64,000 nucleotides of DNA from the NCBI RefSeq assembly GCF_044704955.1, contig NC_092006.1, positions 5,146,001 to 5,210,000 of the forward strand, written 5' to 3'. Source of the DNA: Pristiophorus japonicus. Lineage: Eukaryota. The notes below the pieces were generated by a model. That model saw only the letters and a program-made list of their open reading frames with translations. It did no database searches and was not told the origin of the DNA. Each line of letters begins with the position of its first letter. The first letter of the stretch is position 1. Positions 1-14,300 of this stretch are shown here, one piece after another. Made by a program: the position numbers and the translations under genes.

Positions 1-489
1 ATAGGGGGTCTTTAAAATGATGAAAGGGTAGGGCAGACAGAGAAAGGGAATGGTTCCACTTGTGATGGGAGACCAGAACCAGGGGCCGTTAATATAAGAC
101 AGTCACTAATAAACCCAATGGGGAATTCAGGAGAAACTTCTTTACCCAGAGAGCGGTGAGAATGTGGAACTCACTGCCACAGGGGTTGAGGCGAATAGTA
201 TCGATGCATTTAAGGGGAAGCTGGATAAACACATGAGGGAGAAAGGAATAGAGGGATATGGGGATGGGGTGAGATGGAGAGGGGTGGGAGGGGGCTGGTG
301 TGGAGCATAAACACCGGCACGGAGCGATGGGCCGCTTCTGTGCCGTAATATCAAAAAGTCTTAACGACTAATGCAAACAGAGCATAACTGTGCTATGAAT
401 TTTCCTGTGGACACAAATTACAATACATCGTGGAACACTGCAATCATTGTTATCGTTTGCCGAGGTGTTCAATCAAACTACGAGAAAGA

Positions 490-1362
490 AAGAAAGACTT
501 GCATTTACATAGCGCCTTTCACGATCAAAGGACATCTCAAAGCGCTTCACAGCTAATGAAGTACTTTTGGGGTGCAGTCACTGTTGTAATGTGGGAAACG
601 CAGCAGCCAATTTGCGCACAGCAAGCTCCCACACACAGCAATGTGATAATGACCCAGATCATCTATTTTAGTGATGTTGGTTGAGGGATAAATATTGGCC
701 CCAGGACACCGGGGAGAACTCCCCCTGCTCTTCTTCCAATAGTGGCCGTGGGATCTTTTACATACGGGGCCTCGGTTTAATGTCTCATCTGAAAGAGGGC
801 ACCTCCGACAGTGCGGCGCTCCCTCAGTACTGCCCCTCCAACAGTGCGGCGCTCCCTCAGAACTGCCCCTCCGACAGTGTGGCGCTCCCTCAGTACTGCC
901 CCTCCGACAGTGCGGCGCTCCCTCAGTACCGCCCCTCCGACAGTGCGGCGCTCCCTCGGTACTGCCCCTCCGACAGTGCGGCGCTCCCTCAGAACTGCCC
1001 CTCTGACAGTGCGGCACTCCCTCTGCACTGCCCCTCCGACAGTGCGGCGCTCCCTCAGTACCACCCCTCCGACAGTGCGGCGCTCCCTCAGTACCGCTCC
1101 TCCGGCAGTGCGGCGCTCCCTCAGTACCGCCCCTCCGACAGTGCGGCGCTCCCTCAGTACTGACCCTCCGACAGTGCGGCGCTCCCTCAGTACTGCCCCG
1201 CCGACAGTGCGGCGCTCCCTCAGTACTGCCCCTCCGACAGTGTGGCACTCCCTCTGCACTGCACTGGAGTGTCAGCCTGGATTTACGTGCTCAAGTCCCT
1301 GGAGTGGGACTCGAACCCACAACCTTCTGCCTCGGAGGCGCGGGTGCTGCCCATTGAGCCAC
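490..1362 (-). mobile_element. tRNA-derived Deu-domain SINE (SacSINE1-like) with internal 33-bp tandem array (~800-1260)
   Basis: Pol III A box TGGCTCAATGG and B box GGTTCGAGTCC on the minus strand; core GGGAGCTTGCTGTGCGCAAATTGGCTGC; 11-aa periodic ORFs. Confidence 0.8.
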
Positions 1363-2863
1363 ATTGGTAAATAGTGAAGTATTCCTGTGGATCGAGTGAA
1401 TTCAGAAGAATAAACACGGTTGTCTCTGCCGTTATTTATGCAATAGGTTCAGTCAGTGGAAACCTACGCAATGGGCCTTAACAGAAAGGAGGGCAGTGCA
1501 TGATATATTTTTAAATAGTAGGACTGATTTAAGAAAGGATTTGGATTCATTCAGCTTCTGTCTGAGTGCAATGAACGAAGGTGTCTCACCGATTAGATTT
1601 CCGCGTGCATCTTGTGTCCTGGGGAGCAACAGACCAGTAACTAACACATTACATGCAGCGCGGTCTGGTCCCTTGCAAGTAAGCTGTAGCAAGAATGTGT
1701 CACAACCTCTTTGCAGAATAAACTATAATGACCACTTTCGGATAACACAGCGAGCTTTCACCTCCCAAACCCACGGCTTCCACCACCTAGAAGAACAAGG
1801 CAGCAGGCGCATGGGAACACCACCACCTCCAAGTCCCACACATAGAATCAGGGAAGGGTTACAGCACAGAGTCCGGCCATTTGTCCCGTCGAGCTCGTGC
1901 CGGCTCTCTGCAAGAGCACCTCAGCCAGTCCCACTCCCCCGCCCTTTCCCCCGTACCCTTGCAAATGTTGTTTCCTTCAGGTAATTATCCAACTCCCTTT
2001 TGAAAGCCACGTTTGAGTCTGCCTCTACCACCCTCTCAGGCAGTATATTCCAGACCCTAACCACTCGCTGCTGAAAAATAGTTTTTCCTCATTTCGCCTT
2101 TGCTTCTTCTGCCTTAAATCTGTGTCCTCTGCTTCTCCACCCTTCTCCCAACGGGAACAGTTCCTCTCTGTCTGGACCCCTCACGATTTGGCCATCCTGA
2201 CTTGGGCATAGGTCTCTGGGTCACAATCCTGGAACTCCCTCCCTAACAGCACTGTTAGGAGCACCTTCACCACAGCGGACTGTCGAACTCATTTGGCAGA
2301 ACGTCTGATCGCCAGAGCTTTCACACAAGCACCAAGATGTAGCTTAGTTGGCGGTGAGGAGGGCCTTACCCGTCAGAGCCTTCATGCACAGCCGACGTCT
2401 CAGCAGCACGGCAAGGTGCCCCCGAGTCGGCTGTGGGGCGGACGAGACTGTCACCCTTCTCCTTCGGGATTGCGCCTTCGCAAGGCAGGTTTGGAAAGAG
2501 ATGCAGTGGTTGCTGTCGAGGTTCATCCCGAGCAGCTCCGTAACACAGGACCCTGTGCTCTAGGGGCTGTTCCCAGGGACACACACCCAGACAGACATCA
2601 CCTGCTGCTGGAGGGTCATCGACTCGGTCAAAGACGCTCTTTGGTCTTGCCGAGACTTGCTGGTCTTCCAGAGCAAGGAGATGTCCACGGCCGAGTGTTG
2701 CAGACTGGCGCAATCCACGATCCAGGATTACGTGCTGAGGGACACACTTAAAATTGGTGCAGTCGCCGCAAAGGCACGGTGGGGAAGGGCCGCAGTTTAA
2801 AGCCCTTCTGCCACGATAAACCCGGGGGCAGGAATCAGTACAAAACTCCCCTCGGGCCGTACT

Positions 2864-4446
2864 TTTTTTAAATTTCAAAGTATACTTTATTCATATAAAA
2901 ATCTGTACAGTACATTCAAAAGCAGTTCAGTACATTTAGCTGCGGTCAGCAATCCCATACACTACATTTGGGTGCTGACGGAAGTTCCGTTCGATACATT
3001 TCCTTGCTTTTCAGTTCAAGTACAATTCGGTACAATACGGGATACCTTGTAGTAACATAGAAACATAGAAAATAGGTGCAGGAGTAGGCCATTCGGCCCT
3101 TCTAGCCTGCACTGCCATTCAATGAGTTCATGGCTGAACATTCAACTTCAGTACCCCATTCCTGCTTTCTCGCCATATCCCTTGGTCCCCCTAGTAGTAA
3201 GGACCTCATCTAACTCCTTTTTGAATATATTTAGTGAATTGGCCTCAACAACTTTCTGTGGTAGAGAATTCCACAGGTTCACCACTCTCTGGGTGAAGAA
3301 GTTCCTCCGCATCTCGGTCCTAAATGGCTTACCCCTTATCCTTAGACTGTGACCTCTGGTTCTGGACTTCCCCAACATTGGGAACATTCTTCCTGCATCT
3401 AACCTGTCTAACCCCGTCAGAATTTTAAATGTTTCTATGAGGTCCCCTCTCATTCTTCTGAACTCCAGTGAATACAAGCCCAGTTGATCCAGTCTTTCTT
3501 GATAGGTCAGTCCCGCCATCCCGGGAATCAGTCTGGTGAACCTTCGCTGCACTCCCTCAATAGCAAGAATGACCTTCCTCAGGTTAGGAGACCAAAACTG
3601 TACACAATACTCCAGGTGTGGCCTCACCAATGCCCTGTACAACTGTAGCAACACCTCCCTGCCCCTGTACTCAAATCCCTTTGCTATGAAGGCCAACATG
3701 CCATTTGCTTTCTTAACCGCCTGCTGCACCTGCATGCCAACCTTCAATGACTGATGTACCATGACACCCAGGTCTCGTTGCACCTCCCCTTTTCCTAATC
3801 TGTCACCATTCAGATAATAGTCTGTCTCTCTGTTTTTACCACCAAAGTGGATAACCTCACATTCGACAAATTACATTACACGTGTCACTATACAGTACAC
3901 GGAATGGGTGACGGTACATTTACATTTTTTCTTTTCAACGTGCATTACGAAACAGACCTTGCATTGTACATGGCACTACACAGGTGTTTACAGATCATGG
4001 TGCTCCATGTACACAAAAAAGAAGTTACAAGTACGGCCTGAGGGGAGTTTTGTACTGATTCCTGCCCCCGGGTTTATCGTGGCAGAAGGGCTTTAAACTG
4101 CGGCCCTTCCCCACCGTGCCTTTGCGGCGACTGCACCAATTTTAAGTGCGTCCCTCAGCACGTAATCCTGGATCGTGGATTGCGCCAGTCTGCAACATGC
4201 AGACGTGGACATCTCCTTGCTCTGGAAGACCAGCAAGTCTCGGCAAGACCAAAGAGCGTCTTTGACCGAGTTGATGACCCTCCAGCAGCAGGTGATGTCT
4301 GTCTCGGTGTGTGTCCCTGGGAACAGCCCGTAGAGCACAGAGTCCTGTGTTACGGAGCTGCTCGGGATGAACCTCGACAGCAACCACTGCATCTCCTTCC
4401 AAACCTGCCTCGCGAAGGCGCAATCCTGAAGGAGAAGGGTGACAGT
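2864..4446 (-). mobile_element. Tx1/L1-clade LINE 3' end (inner antisense copy), itself split by CR1
   Basis: ORF 4093..4392(-) matches the outer copy; poly-T at 2863-2869; flanked by CTCGGGC(C/T)GTACT duplication. Confidence 0.75.
3055..3861 (-). mobile_element. CR1 LINE 3' fragment
   Basis: ORF2 C-terminus RDLGV...[19 protein letters not shown]...RTRGHSL...FFTQRVVNLWNSLP; CATAGAAA tail. Confidence 0.9.
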
Positions 4447-5290
4447 CTCGGGCTGTACTTGTTAATCTGCTTGTATACATAGAGCACCATGTACTGACAA
4501 ACACCTGTGTTTGTGCCATGTACAATGCAAGTCTCTGCACTGTTTAGTAACTTGTAAAGAAATGTAAATGTATTCTCACCCCGTTCCGTGCACTGCTTTC
4601 AACTGCACAGCGCTACATGTAACATGATTTACGGATTGTACTAAACCGTACCTTGAAATGAAATGCACTCGAGTGCATTGTACGGAACTGCTGTCAGCAT
4701 CCAAATGAATTGCATGGAATTGTTGGCCACAAGTTGCTGAACTATTTTCCAATGTATTGTGAACATTTTATATGAATAAAGTATATTTTTGGAAAACAAA
4801 AACACGGACTGCAGCGGTTCAAGAAGGCGGCTCACCACCGCCTTCTCAAGGGGCGATTGGGGATAGGCAATAAATGCCGGCCTGGCCAGCGACGCCCAGA
4901 TCCTGTGAACGAATCAAACACAATTCTAAACTTTTAACTGCCAAAATGAATAGTCAGAACAGTGTAAAATGTGCACACCCATACCGTAATCTTTCCGCCA
5001 TGCTCTCCGAACGACAATGCAGCAAAGCTCTTCGCGTCCATTCTGCAACTCGCACTAGCCTGGCCACTGTGACGCACAGACACTGGCCACATCTCAAGTG
5101 CATGAAGGATGGGATTGCTCAGGGCACGGCACCCAAAAGGCTTAGGTCGTAATAGTTTCCACTGCATCTGAAGGGGCTGCAACCGACTGTGTGTGTGTGT
5201 GTGTGTGTGCACGGAACATTTGTCGCCCTCTCCGACTGTAGAATGTTCTGAGCGAGCACGGGAATAGCTGAGTGTGCCCCCGGCCCCAGG

Positions 5291-5348
5291 ATGTTGCTGG
5301 AAGCGTTTCCCCTGATCCTCACACTCCACCACGTGTGTTGGAATTACG
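5291..5348 (+). CDS. Gene A leader (signal peptide) exon
   Basis: ccaggATG...TAC G|gtgagt; hydrophobic 19 codons; phase 1 matches the V exon. Confidence 0.75.
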
Positions 5349-8300
5349 GTGAGTGACCCGTGCTTGGGACCAGCCGAAAACGGGAAACAAGGGGACTGTG
5401 TTTGCGGAGTTGAAAATGTGACCCAGCTTTTGCCCCGATATTTTCGCCCCCTCTCCCTATCTCTGTAACCTCCTTCAGCCCTGCAACCCTCCCTATCTCT
5501 GTAACCTCCTTCAGCCCTGCAACCCTCCCTATCACTGTAACCCCCTCCAGCCCCTCCAACCCTCCCTATCTCTGTAACGCCCTCCAGCCCCTACACCTCT
5601 CCCTATCTCTGTAACCCCCTCCAGCCCCGACACCACTCCCCATCTCTGTAACCCCCTCCAGCCCCTGCAACCCTCCCTATCTCTGTAACCTCCTCCAGCC
5701 CTCCAAACCCCCCGCGATCTCTGCGCTCCCCAATTCTCTTGAACAACGCCAATTGTAATGACTCAACCATCGGTGGCCGTGCCTTCAGCTGCCTGGGCCC
5801 CAAGCTCTGGAACTCCCTCCCTAAACCTCTCCGCCTCTCTCTCCTCCTTTAAGACGCTCCTTAAAACCGACTTCTTTGTCCCAGCTTTTGATCATTACCT
5901 AATATCTCATTTTGTGACTCGATGTCACATTTCCGTGAAGCGTCTTGGGACATTCAATTACGTTGAAGGCGCTTTATAAAAGAGATATTTTGTTGTTGAT
6001 AATGTTGGTTTACTTTCAGGTCCTTCTACAAGGCTAAGCAAAGGCAAAGTAGAGAATGGGTCCAATCTGCCATAACTAAAGGCAATAATGCCGCTGGTCT
6101 TAAGTTACAGGCGATGGGTTTGAAAGCGGCCTCTCTCCATCTCTCAAAAATCAACATGAAGAAATTGTATTTATATAGCGCCTTTAATGTCGTGTCCTGG
6201 GGCCAATATTTATCCCTCAACCAACATCGCTAAAACAGATGATTTGGGTCATTATCAAATTGCTGTGTGTGGGAGCTTGCTGTGCGCAAATTGGCTGCCG
6301 CGTTTCCCACATTACAACAGTGAGCACACTCCAAAAAAAGGGCTTCATTGGCCGTAAAGCGTTTTGAGACGGCCGGTGGTCGTGAAAGGCGCTATATAAA
6401 TCCAAGTCTTTCTTTCTTTTTAGTAAAACGCTTCACAGGAGAATTATTTTTAAAAATTTGACCCCGAGCCACATGAGGAGATATTAGGGACAGGTGACCA
6501 AAAGCTGGGTCAAAGAGATCGGTTTGAAGGAGCGTCTTAAAGAAGGAGAGCGAGGCGGAGAGGTTTAGGGAGGGAGTTCCAGAACTTGGGGCCCAGGCAG
6601 CTGAAGGCACGGCCACCGATGGTGGAGCGATGGAAATCAGGGGATGGGCAAGAGGGCAGAATTGGAGGAGTGCAGAGATCTCGGAGGGTCGTGGGGGCTG
6701 AAGAAGGTTACAGAGTTAGGGAGGGGTGTATGGGTTAGAGGAGGTTAAGAGATAGGGAGGAGTGTAGGGGCTGGAGAGGGTTACAGAGATCGGGAGGAGT
6801 GTAGGGGCTGGAGGGGGGTTACAGAGATAGGGAGGGAAATAGTGGCTGGAGGGGGTTACAGAGATAGGGAACGGTTTAGGGGCTGGTGGAGGTTACAGAG
6901 ATAGGGAGGGGTGTAGGAGCTGGAGGAGGTTACAGAGATAGGGAGGGGTGTAGGGGCTGGAGGAGGTTACAGAGATTGGGAGGGAAATAGTGGCTGGAGG
7001 GGGTTACAGAGATAGGGAACGGTTTAGGGGCTGGTGGAGGTTACAGAGATAGGGAGGGGTGTAGGAGCTGGAGGAGGTTACAGAGATAGGGAGGGGTGTA
7101 GGGGCTGGAGGAGGTTACAGAGATTGGGAGGGGTGTAGGGGCTGGAGTGATTTACAGAGATAGGAAGGGGTGGAGGGGCTGGAAGGGATTACAGAGATAG
7201 GGAGCGGTTTAGGGGCTGGAGGAGGTTACAGAGATAGGGAGGGGTGTATGGGTTAGAGGAGGTTAAGAGATTGGGAGGGGTGTAGGGGCTGGAGGAGGTT
7301 ACAGAGATTGGGAGGGGTGTAGGGGCTGGAGGAGGTTACAGAGATAGGGAGGGGTGTAGGGGCTGGAGGGGGTTACAGAGATAGGAAGGGGTGTAGGGGC
7401 TGGAGGGGATTACAGAAATAGGGAGTGGATTAGGGGCTGGAGGAGGTTACAGAGATAGGGAGGGGTGTAGGGGCTGGAGGAGATTACAGAGATAGGGAGG
7501 GGTGTAGGAGCTGGAGGTTACAGAGATAGGAAGGGGTGTGGGGGCTGGAGGAGGTTACCGAGATAGGGAGGGGTGTAGGGGCTGGACGAGGTGACAGAGA
7601 TAGGGAGGGGTGTAGAACTGGAGGAGGTGACAGAGCTCGGGAGGGGGCGCGGCCATGGGGGGGATTTAAACACAGGATGTGAATTTTGAAATCGGGGCGT
7701 TGTTTAACCAGGAGCCAGTGTGGGTCAGCGAGCACAGGGGGCGATGGGTGAGCGGGACTGGCTGCGAGTTGGGACACAGGTCGGGGCTGCAGAAGTGTGG
7801 GATGAACTGGCGTTGAAGGCGCGGGGGTTGGAGCGGACAAACCGTCTCTAATGGGACCCCCCCCCCACCTCTGTCCAGTCGCAGGATCTGAACCCTTCAC
7901 TGTGACGGCGGCAGCCGGGGAGACGGTGGAACTGGAATGCCACCTGGATTACGAAGTGGAATTCGTGGACAGCTACTTCTGGTACAAGCAATTCGTGGGG
8001 GAAGCGCCCAAGTTGGTGCATATACCAGCCTGCAGTGGAACCGCCTGCAAGTTTACTTCGAAGAGAGGGCGCAACAAATATATCCTGGTCCTGCAAATCC
8101 TGAAAGTGAACACTTCTGACGCCGCGTCCTACTACTGTGCTGATAGGGATGGCTATGCTCCCCTTAGGAACGGTTCCTTGCTGCTGGTTGGAGGTAAGAA
8201 CAAAGCCCGATTGAATTCATCCCATGCACATGCGATTAAAATTGCATTAGCCAGAATTTAACTGTTTCTTCCATCTCCATCCCCACCCAGACAGTTCCAC

Positions 8301-11300
8301 GCCTAAAACCGATGTGCTGGTGTTTGTGACTCCAGGGGAGCCACCTCTGAGGGAAACCATCCCCTTGGTGTGTCTGGTGACCGGCGTGTCCTCCAGGCAA
8401 ATTGCCATTTACTGGAACGTGTCGGGACAGTTCGTCGCGGGACGGAGCGAGGTCGGCACCCTGGACCCCAACGGGACCTACAGCATCAGAAGCCACGTGA
8501 TGGTCGGGGCGGAGATCTGGAGCAACAGAGGGGTCTGCACTTGTATCGTCGAGCTGGGGTCGCCGGGCAAGTCTTGGACCAAGAGCGTGTCCCGTCCTGA
8601 AGCGGCGACAGGTGAGTCATAGCAACATCGAAACATAGAAAATAGGGGCAGGAGCAGGCCATTCGGCCCTTCGAGCCTGCACCACCATTCAATATGATCA
8701 TGGCTGATCATGCAACTTCAGTACCCCATTCCTGCTTTCTCTCCATACCCCTTGATCCCTTTATCCGTAAGGGCCACATCTAACTCCCTTTTGAATATAT
8801 CCAACGAACTGGCCTCAACAACTTTCTGTGGTAGAGAATTCCACAGGTTCACAATTCTCTGAGTGAAGAAGTTCCTCCTCATCTCGGTCCTAAATGGCTT
8901 ACCCCTTATCCTTAGACTGTGACGGGGAGCTCGGTTGCGAAAGTGTAACATCAGTTGGACTGGTTCTCTCGCCCCTATTAAGCAACTCCGCGGGTCAAAC
9001 ACAGAGAGATATCTATCAGGAGAAACAGTGCAGCCAGCCTATTGGGAAATACCTTGAAATAAGCCCACCCGTCACAGGTCTTGTAAATAATTTCTCTGCT
9101 CTCGACTGCCCTTCGATTTCTGCCTGTCACCTTCGAATTATAGACTTACACAGCACAGAATCAGGGGTCACCCATTTAAGACAGAGATGAGGAGGAATTT
9201 CTGCTCTCAGAAGGTTGTAAATCTGTGGAATTCACTGCCTCGGAGAGCTGTGGAAGAACATAATAACATAAGAAATAGGAGCAGGAGTCGGCCATTCGGT
9301 CCCTCGAGCCTGCTCCGCCATTTAATACGATCATGGCTGATCCGATCATGGACTCAGGTCCACTTCCCTGCCCGCCCCCTTAATCCCTTATCGATTAAGA
9401 AACTGTCTATCTCCGTCTTAAATATATTCAATGTCCCGGCTCTCTGAGGCAGCGAATTCCACAGATTTACAACCCTCTGAGAGAAGAAATTTCTCCTCAT
9501 CTCAGTTTTAAATGGATGGCCCCTTATTCTAAGATTATGCCCCCTAGTTCTAGTCTCCCCCATCAGTGGGGATCATTGAATAAATTTAAGACAGAGAGAG
9601 ACAGTTTCTTAGCCGATAAGGGACTAAGGGGACAGGCAGGGAAGTGGAGCTGAGTCCATGATCGGATCAGCCATGATCGTATTAAATGGCGGAGCAGGCT
9701 CGAGGGGCCAAATGGCCGACTCCTGCTCCCATTTCTTATGTTCTTATGTAGAAGGAGGTCATTGTGAGGAGGACGCCAATAATCTACAAAGGGATATAGA
9801 TAGGCTCAGTGAGTGGGCAAACATTTGGCAGATGGAGTATAATGTGGGAAAATGTGAGGTTATCCACTTTGGCAGGAAACATTTTTAAAAAGCACATTAT
9901 TATTTAAATGGGGAGAGATTATAAAATGCTGCAGTACCCAGGGACCTGGGGGTTCTTGTGCATGGAGTTCAGAAGAATGAGAGGTGATCTTATCGAAACA
10001 TATAAGATAATGAGGGGGCTCGACAAGGTGGATGCAGAGAGGATGTTTCCACTCATGGGGGAAACTATAACTAGGGGTCATTGTCTCAGAATAAGGGGTC
10101 GCCCATTTAAAACTGAGATGAGAAGGAATTTCTTCTCTCAGAGGGTTGTAAATCTGTGGAATTCTCTGCCCCAGAGAGCTGTGGAGGCTGGGTCATTGAA
10201 TACATTTGAGGCGGAGATAGACAGATTTTTGAGCGATAAGGGAATAAGGGGTTATGGGGAGCGGGCAGGGAAGTGGAGCTGAGTCCATGATCGGATCAGC
10301 CATAATCATATTAAATGGCGGAGCAGGCTTGAGGGGCCGAATGGCCGACTCCTGCACCTATTTCTTATGTTCTTGTGTTCTTAAACACAAAACATTAGTA
10401 TGCAGGTACAGCAAGTAATCAGGAAGGCCTTTATTGCAAGGGGGATGGAGTACAAAAGCAGAGAAGTCCTGCTACAACTGTACAGGGTATTGGTGAGGCC
10501 ACACCTGGAGTACTGCGTACAGTTTTGGTCTCCGTATTTAAGGCGGGATATACTTGCATTGGAGGCAATTCAGAGAAGGTTCACTCGGTTGATTCCTGAG
10601 ATGAAGGGGTTGTCTTATGAAGACAGGTTGAGCAGGTTGGGCCTGTACTTATTGGAGTTTAGAAGAATGAGAGGCGATCTTATTGAAACGTATAAGATTC
10701 TGAGGGGGCTGGACAGGGTAGATGGAGAGAGGATGTTTCCCCTCGTGGGGGAGACAAGAACTAGGGGGCACATAGTTTCAGAATAAGGGTCGCCCAGAGA
10801 TGAGGAGGAATTTCTTCTCTCAGTGGGTTGTAAATCTGTGGAATTCTCTGCCCCAGAGAGCTGTGGAGGCTGGGTCATTGAATATACTTAAGACAGAGAT
10901 AGACAGATTTTTGAACGATAAGGGAGTGAAGGGTTATGGGGAGCGAGCGCGGAAGTGGAGCTGAGTCCATGATCAGATCAGCCATGATCTTATTGAATGG
11001 AGGAGCAGGCTCGAGGGGCCGAATGGCCGACTCCTGCTCCTATTTCTTATGTTCTCATGTATATTCTATATCGGGAGAAACAAGGCAATCAGTCTGTCTG
11101 TTAAAAAATATGTTGAAATAAGCTATGGTCACCCTCCAAACCAGGCCTTTTAAATATTTTCTCTGCTCTTGACTGCCCTTCGATTTCGGCGTGTCATCTT
11201 AGAATTATCGAATACAGCACAGGAGTCGGCCATTCGGCCCCTCGAGCCTGCTCCACCATTCAAGAAGATCACAGCTGACCTTCGACCTCAACTCCACAAT

Positions 11301-14300
11301 CCTGCACTGTCCCCACTTGATTCCCCTCGAGTCCAAAAATCTATTGCTCCCTGTCTCAACGACTGAGCCTCCACAGTCCTCTGGGGCAGAAAATTCCAAA
11401 GATTCACCACCCTCTGAGTGAAGAAATTCCTCCTCATCTCAGTCCTAAATGGCCGACCCCTTATCCTGAGACTGTGTGACCCCTGGTTCTAGACTCCCCA
11501 GCCCGGGGGGAAACACCCTCCCTGCATCTACCCTGTCGAGCCCTGTCAGAATGTTGTATGTTTCAATGAGATCACCTCTCATTCTTCTAAGCTAGGAGTT
11601 TAAAACATAGAAACATAGAAATTTACAGCGCAGAAGGAGGCCATTTCATCCCATCGTATCCACACCGGCCGACAAAGAGCCACACAGCCCTCGGTCAGCA
11701 GCCCTGAAGGTTACATATAAACCTACGAACGATGAACAATGACGGAAAGGCAAAGAGCACCCAGCCCAACCAGTCCGCCCCACACAACTGCGACACCCCT
11801 TACACCGAAACATTCTACACTCCACCCCAACCATTGTCCAATTAGCCCCATTCCCCCAACCTTTTCCCCACAGTCCTGCAAAGTGTCACTCTCCAAGTAT
11901 TTATCAAATTCCCTTTTGAAAGTTATTAATGAATCTGCTTCTACTGCCCGGCAGCGCGTCTTGGAATAATTTTAAGATTAAAATCTATTTTAATTTTAAT
12001 TTTGACTTGTGGATATCTGCAAATCAGACATATTACCCTCGGGTTGTGACGCTTCAGCGAAATCGGGTTATCGTTCCAGTTTAAGGATAAGGGGTAAGCC
12101 ATTTAGGACCAAGATGAGGAGAAACTTCTTCACCCAGAGAGTGGTGAACCTGTGGAATTCTCTACCACAGGAAGTTGTTGAGGCCAGTTCGTTGGATATA
12201 TTCAAAAGGGCATTAGATGTGGCTCTTACGGCTAAAGGGATCAAGGGTTATGCAGAGAAAGCAGGAATGGGGTACTGAAGTTGCGTGATCAGCCATGATC
12301 ATATTGAATGGTGGTGCAGGCTCGAAGGGCTGAATGGCCTACTCCTGCACCTATTTTCTATGTTTCTATGTTTACAGCTCATAAAAAATAAGGGTGGATG
12401 TACATAAATCTTTGAAGGTGACAGAACAAATTGAAATGGTTGTTAATAATACATACAGAATCCTTGGGTTTATTAATAGACTACAGAAGCAAGGAAGTTA
12501 TGCCAGACGTATATAAAGACAACAGTTGGGTCACCGCTGGAATACTGTGTCCAATTCTGGGCACTGCGCTCTAGGAATGATGTCAAGGCCGTGGAGAGGG
12601 CGTGGAGGAGATTTACGGGAATGGTCCTGCACTGGTACGCTCGCGGCCTTCCGCGAGAGGTGGGCACCGGAGGACTGGAGTGCATCATCACCCCCCCGCC
12701 CCCGGCAGACAAATTTTCATTTGAATTCAGTTGATGGCCAAAATCGAATTTGTTTTCTTGTCGGTTTTAGTGCCCTGTCTCTAATAAGGGGGCATTTGAT
12801 TTTCGATTGACGGTTTCAACGAAAATAGTTGCAGACCTGTTGATTGCGTCCTTAAAAAAGAGGGCACTTGATTTGAAAGTTTTACGCAAAATAGTTGAGG
12901 GACTTCAGTGAGGTGGAGAGACTTGAGAAACTGGGATTGTTCTCCTCAGGAGAAACTTCTTTACCCAGAGAGCGGTGAGAATGTGGAACTCGCTGCCACA
13001 GGGAGGGGTTGAGGCTAATAGTATCGATGTATTTAAGGGGAGGCTGGATAAACACATGAGGGAGAAGGGAATAGAGGGATATGCTGATAGATTTAGATGA
13101 GGAAAGACGGCAGGAGGCTCGAGTGGGGCATAAACACCGGCATGGACTGGTTGGGCCCAATGGCCTGTTTCTGTTCCATATTGAGTAGACTGGGTCTTTA
13201 CTCGTTGGAGTTCAGAAGGATGAGGGGTGATCTTATAGAAACATTTAAAATAATAAAAGGGATAGACAAAATAGAGGCAGAGAGGTTGTTTCCACTGGTC
13301 GGGGAGTCTAGAACTAGGGGGCACAGCCTCAAAATACGGGGGAGCCAATTTAAAACCGAGTTGAGAAGGAATTTCTTCTCCCAGAGGGTTGTGAATCTGT
13401 GGAATTCTCTGCCCAAGGAAGCAGTTGAGGCTAGCTCATTGAATGTATTCAAGTCACAGATAGATAGATTTTTAACCAATAAGGGAATTAAGGGTTACGG
13501 GGAGCGGGCGGGTAAGTGGAGCTGAGTCCACGGCCAGATGAGCCATGATCTTGTTGAATGGCGGAACAGGCTCGAGGGGCTAGATGGCCTACTCCTGTTC
13601 CTAATTCTTATGTTCTTATGTTCTTAGATCCGATGTAATCCTGTGTAATAGTGCAACTTATTCCGTGCTTGCTATTGAGGGAGTGCAGCGAAGGTTCATC
13701 AGACTGATTCCCGGGACGGCAGGACTGACATATGAGGAGAGACTGGATCGACTGGGCTTATATTCCCTGGAATTTAGAAGAATGAGAGGGGATCTCATAG
13801 AAACATATCAAATTCTGATGGGACTGGACAGGTTAGATGCAGGAAGAATGTTCCCGATGTTGAGGGAAGTCCAGAACCAGGGGTTACAGTCTAAGGATAA
13901 GGGGTAAGCCATTTAGGACCGAGATGAGGAGAAACTTCTTCACTCAGAGAATAGTGAACCTGCGGAATTCTCTACCACAGAGAGTTGTTGAGGCCAGTTC
14001 GTTAGATATATTCAAAAGGGAGTTAGATGTGGCCCTCATGGCTAAAGGGATCAAGGGATATGGAGAGAAAGCAGGAAAGGGGTACTGAGGGAATGATCAG
14101 CCATGATCATATTGAATGGTGGTGCAGGCTCGAAGGGCCAAATGGCCTGCTCCTGCACCTATTTTCTATATAATCCTGTGTAATAGTGCAACTTATTCCA
14201 TTGGCGAGCATTCACTCGTCCAATATTGGTCGCGTTGGCTGGTTTGTGGTTTCACAGCCCGCGTTGGATGCGCCTAAATTGTAACTGGGTCGCGTTTCTC

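Larger units (their letters stand above)
2283..4797 (+). mobile_element. Tx1/L1-clade LINE 3' end (outer copy; 2283-2863 + 4447-4797) split by a nested insertion
   Basis: Degenerate ORF2 C-terminus with zinc-knuckle (CPRVGC...ETVT.LL.DC), 3' UTR with AATAAA and A-rich end. Confidence 0.7.

Noticed and set aside
1290-1362. tRNA gene
   Set aside because: A and B boxes belong to the SINE head and run directly into SINE body sequence
553-1374. Long repetitive ORFs (also 20816-21264, 23821-24588, 51127-51641)
   Set aside because: Open in several frames on both strands because they are tandem repeats inside SINE/CR1 elements
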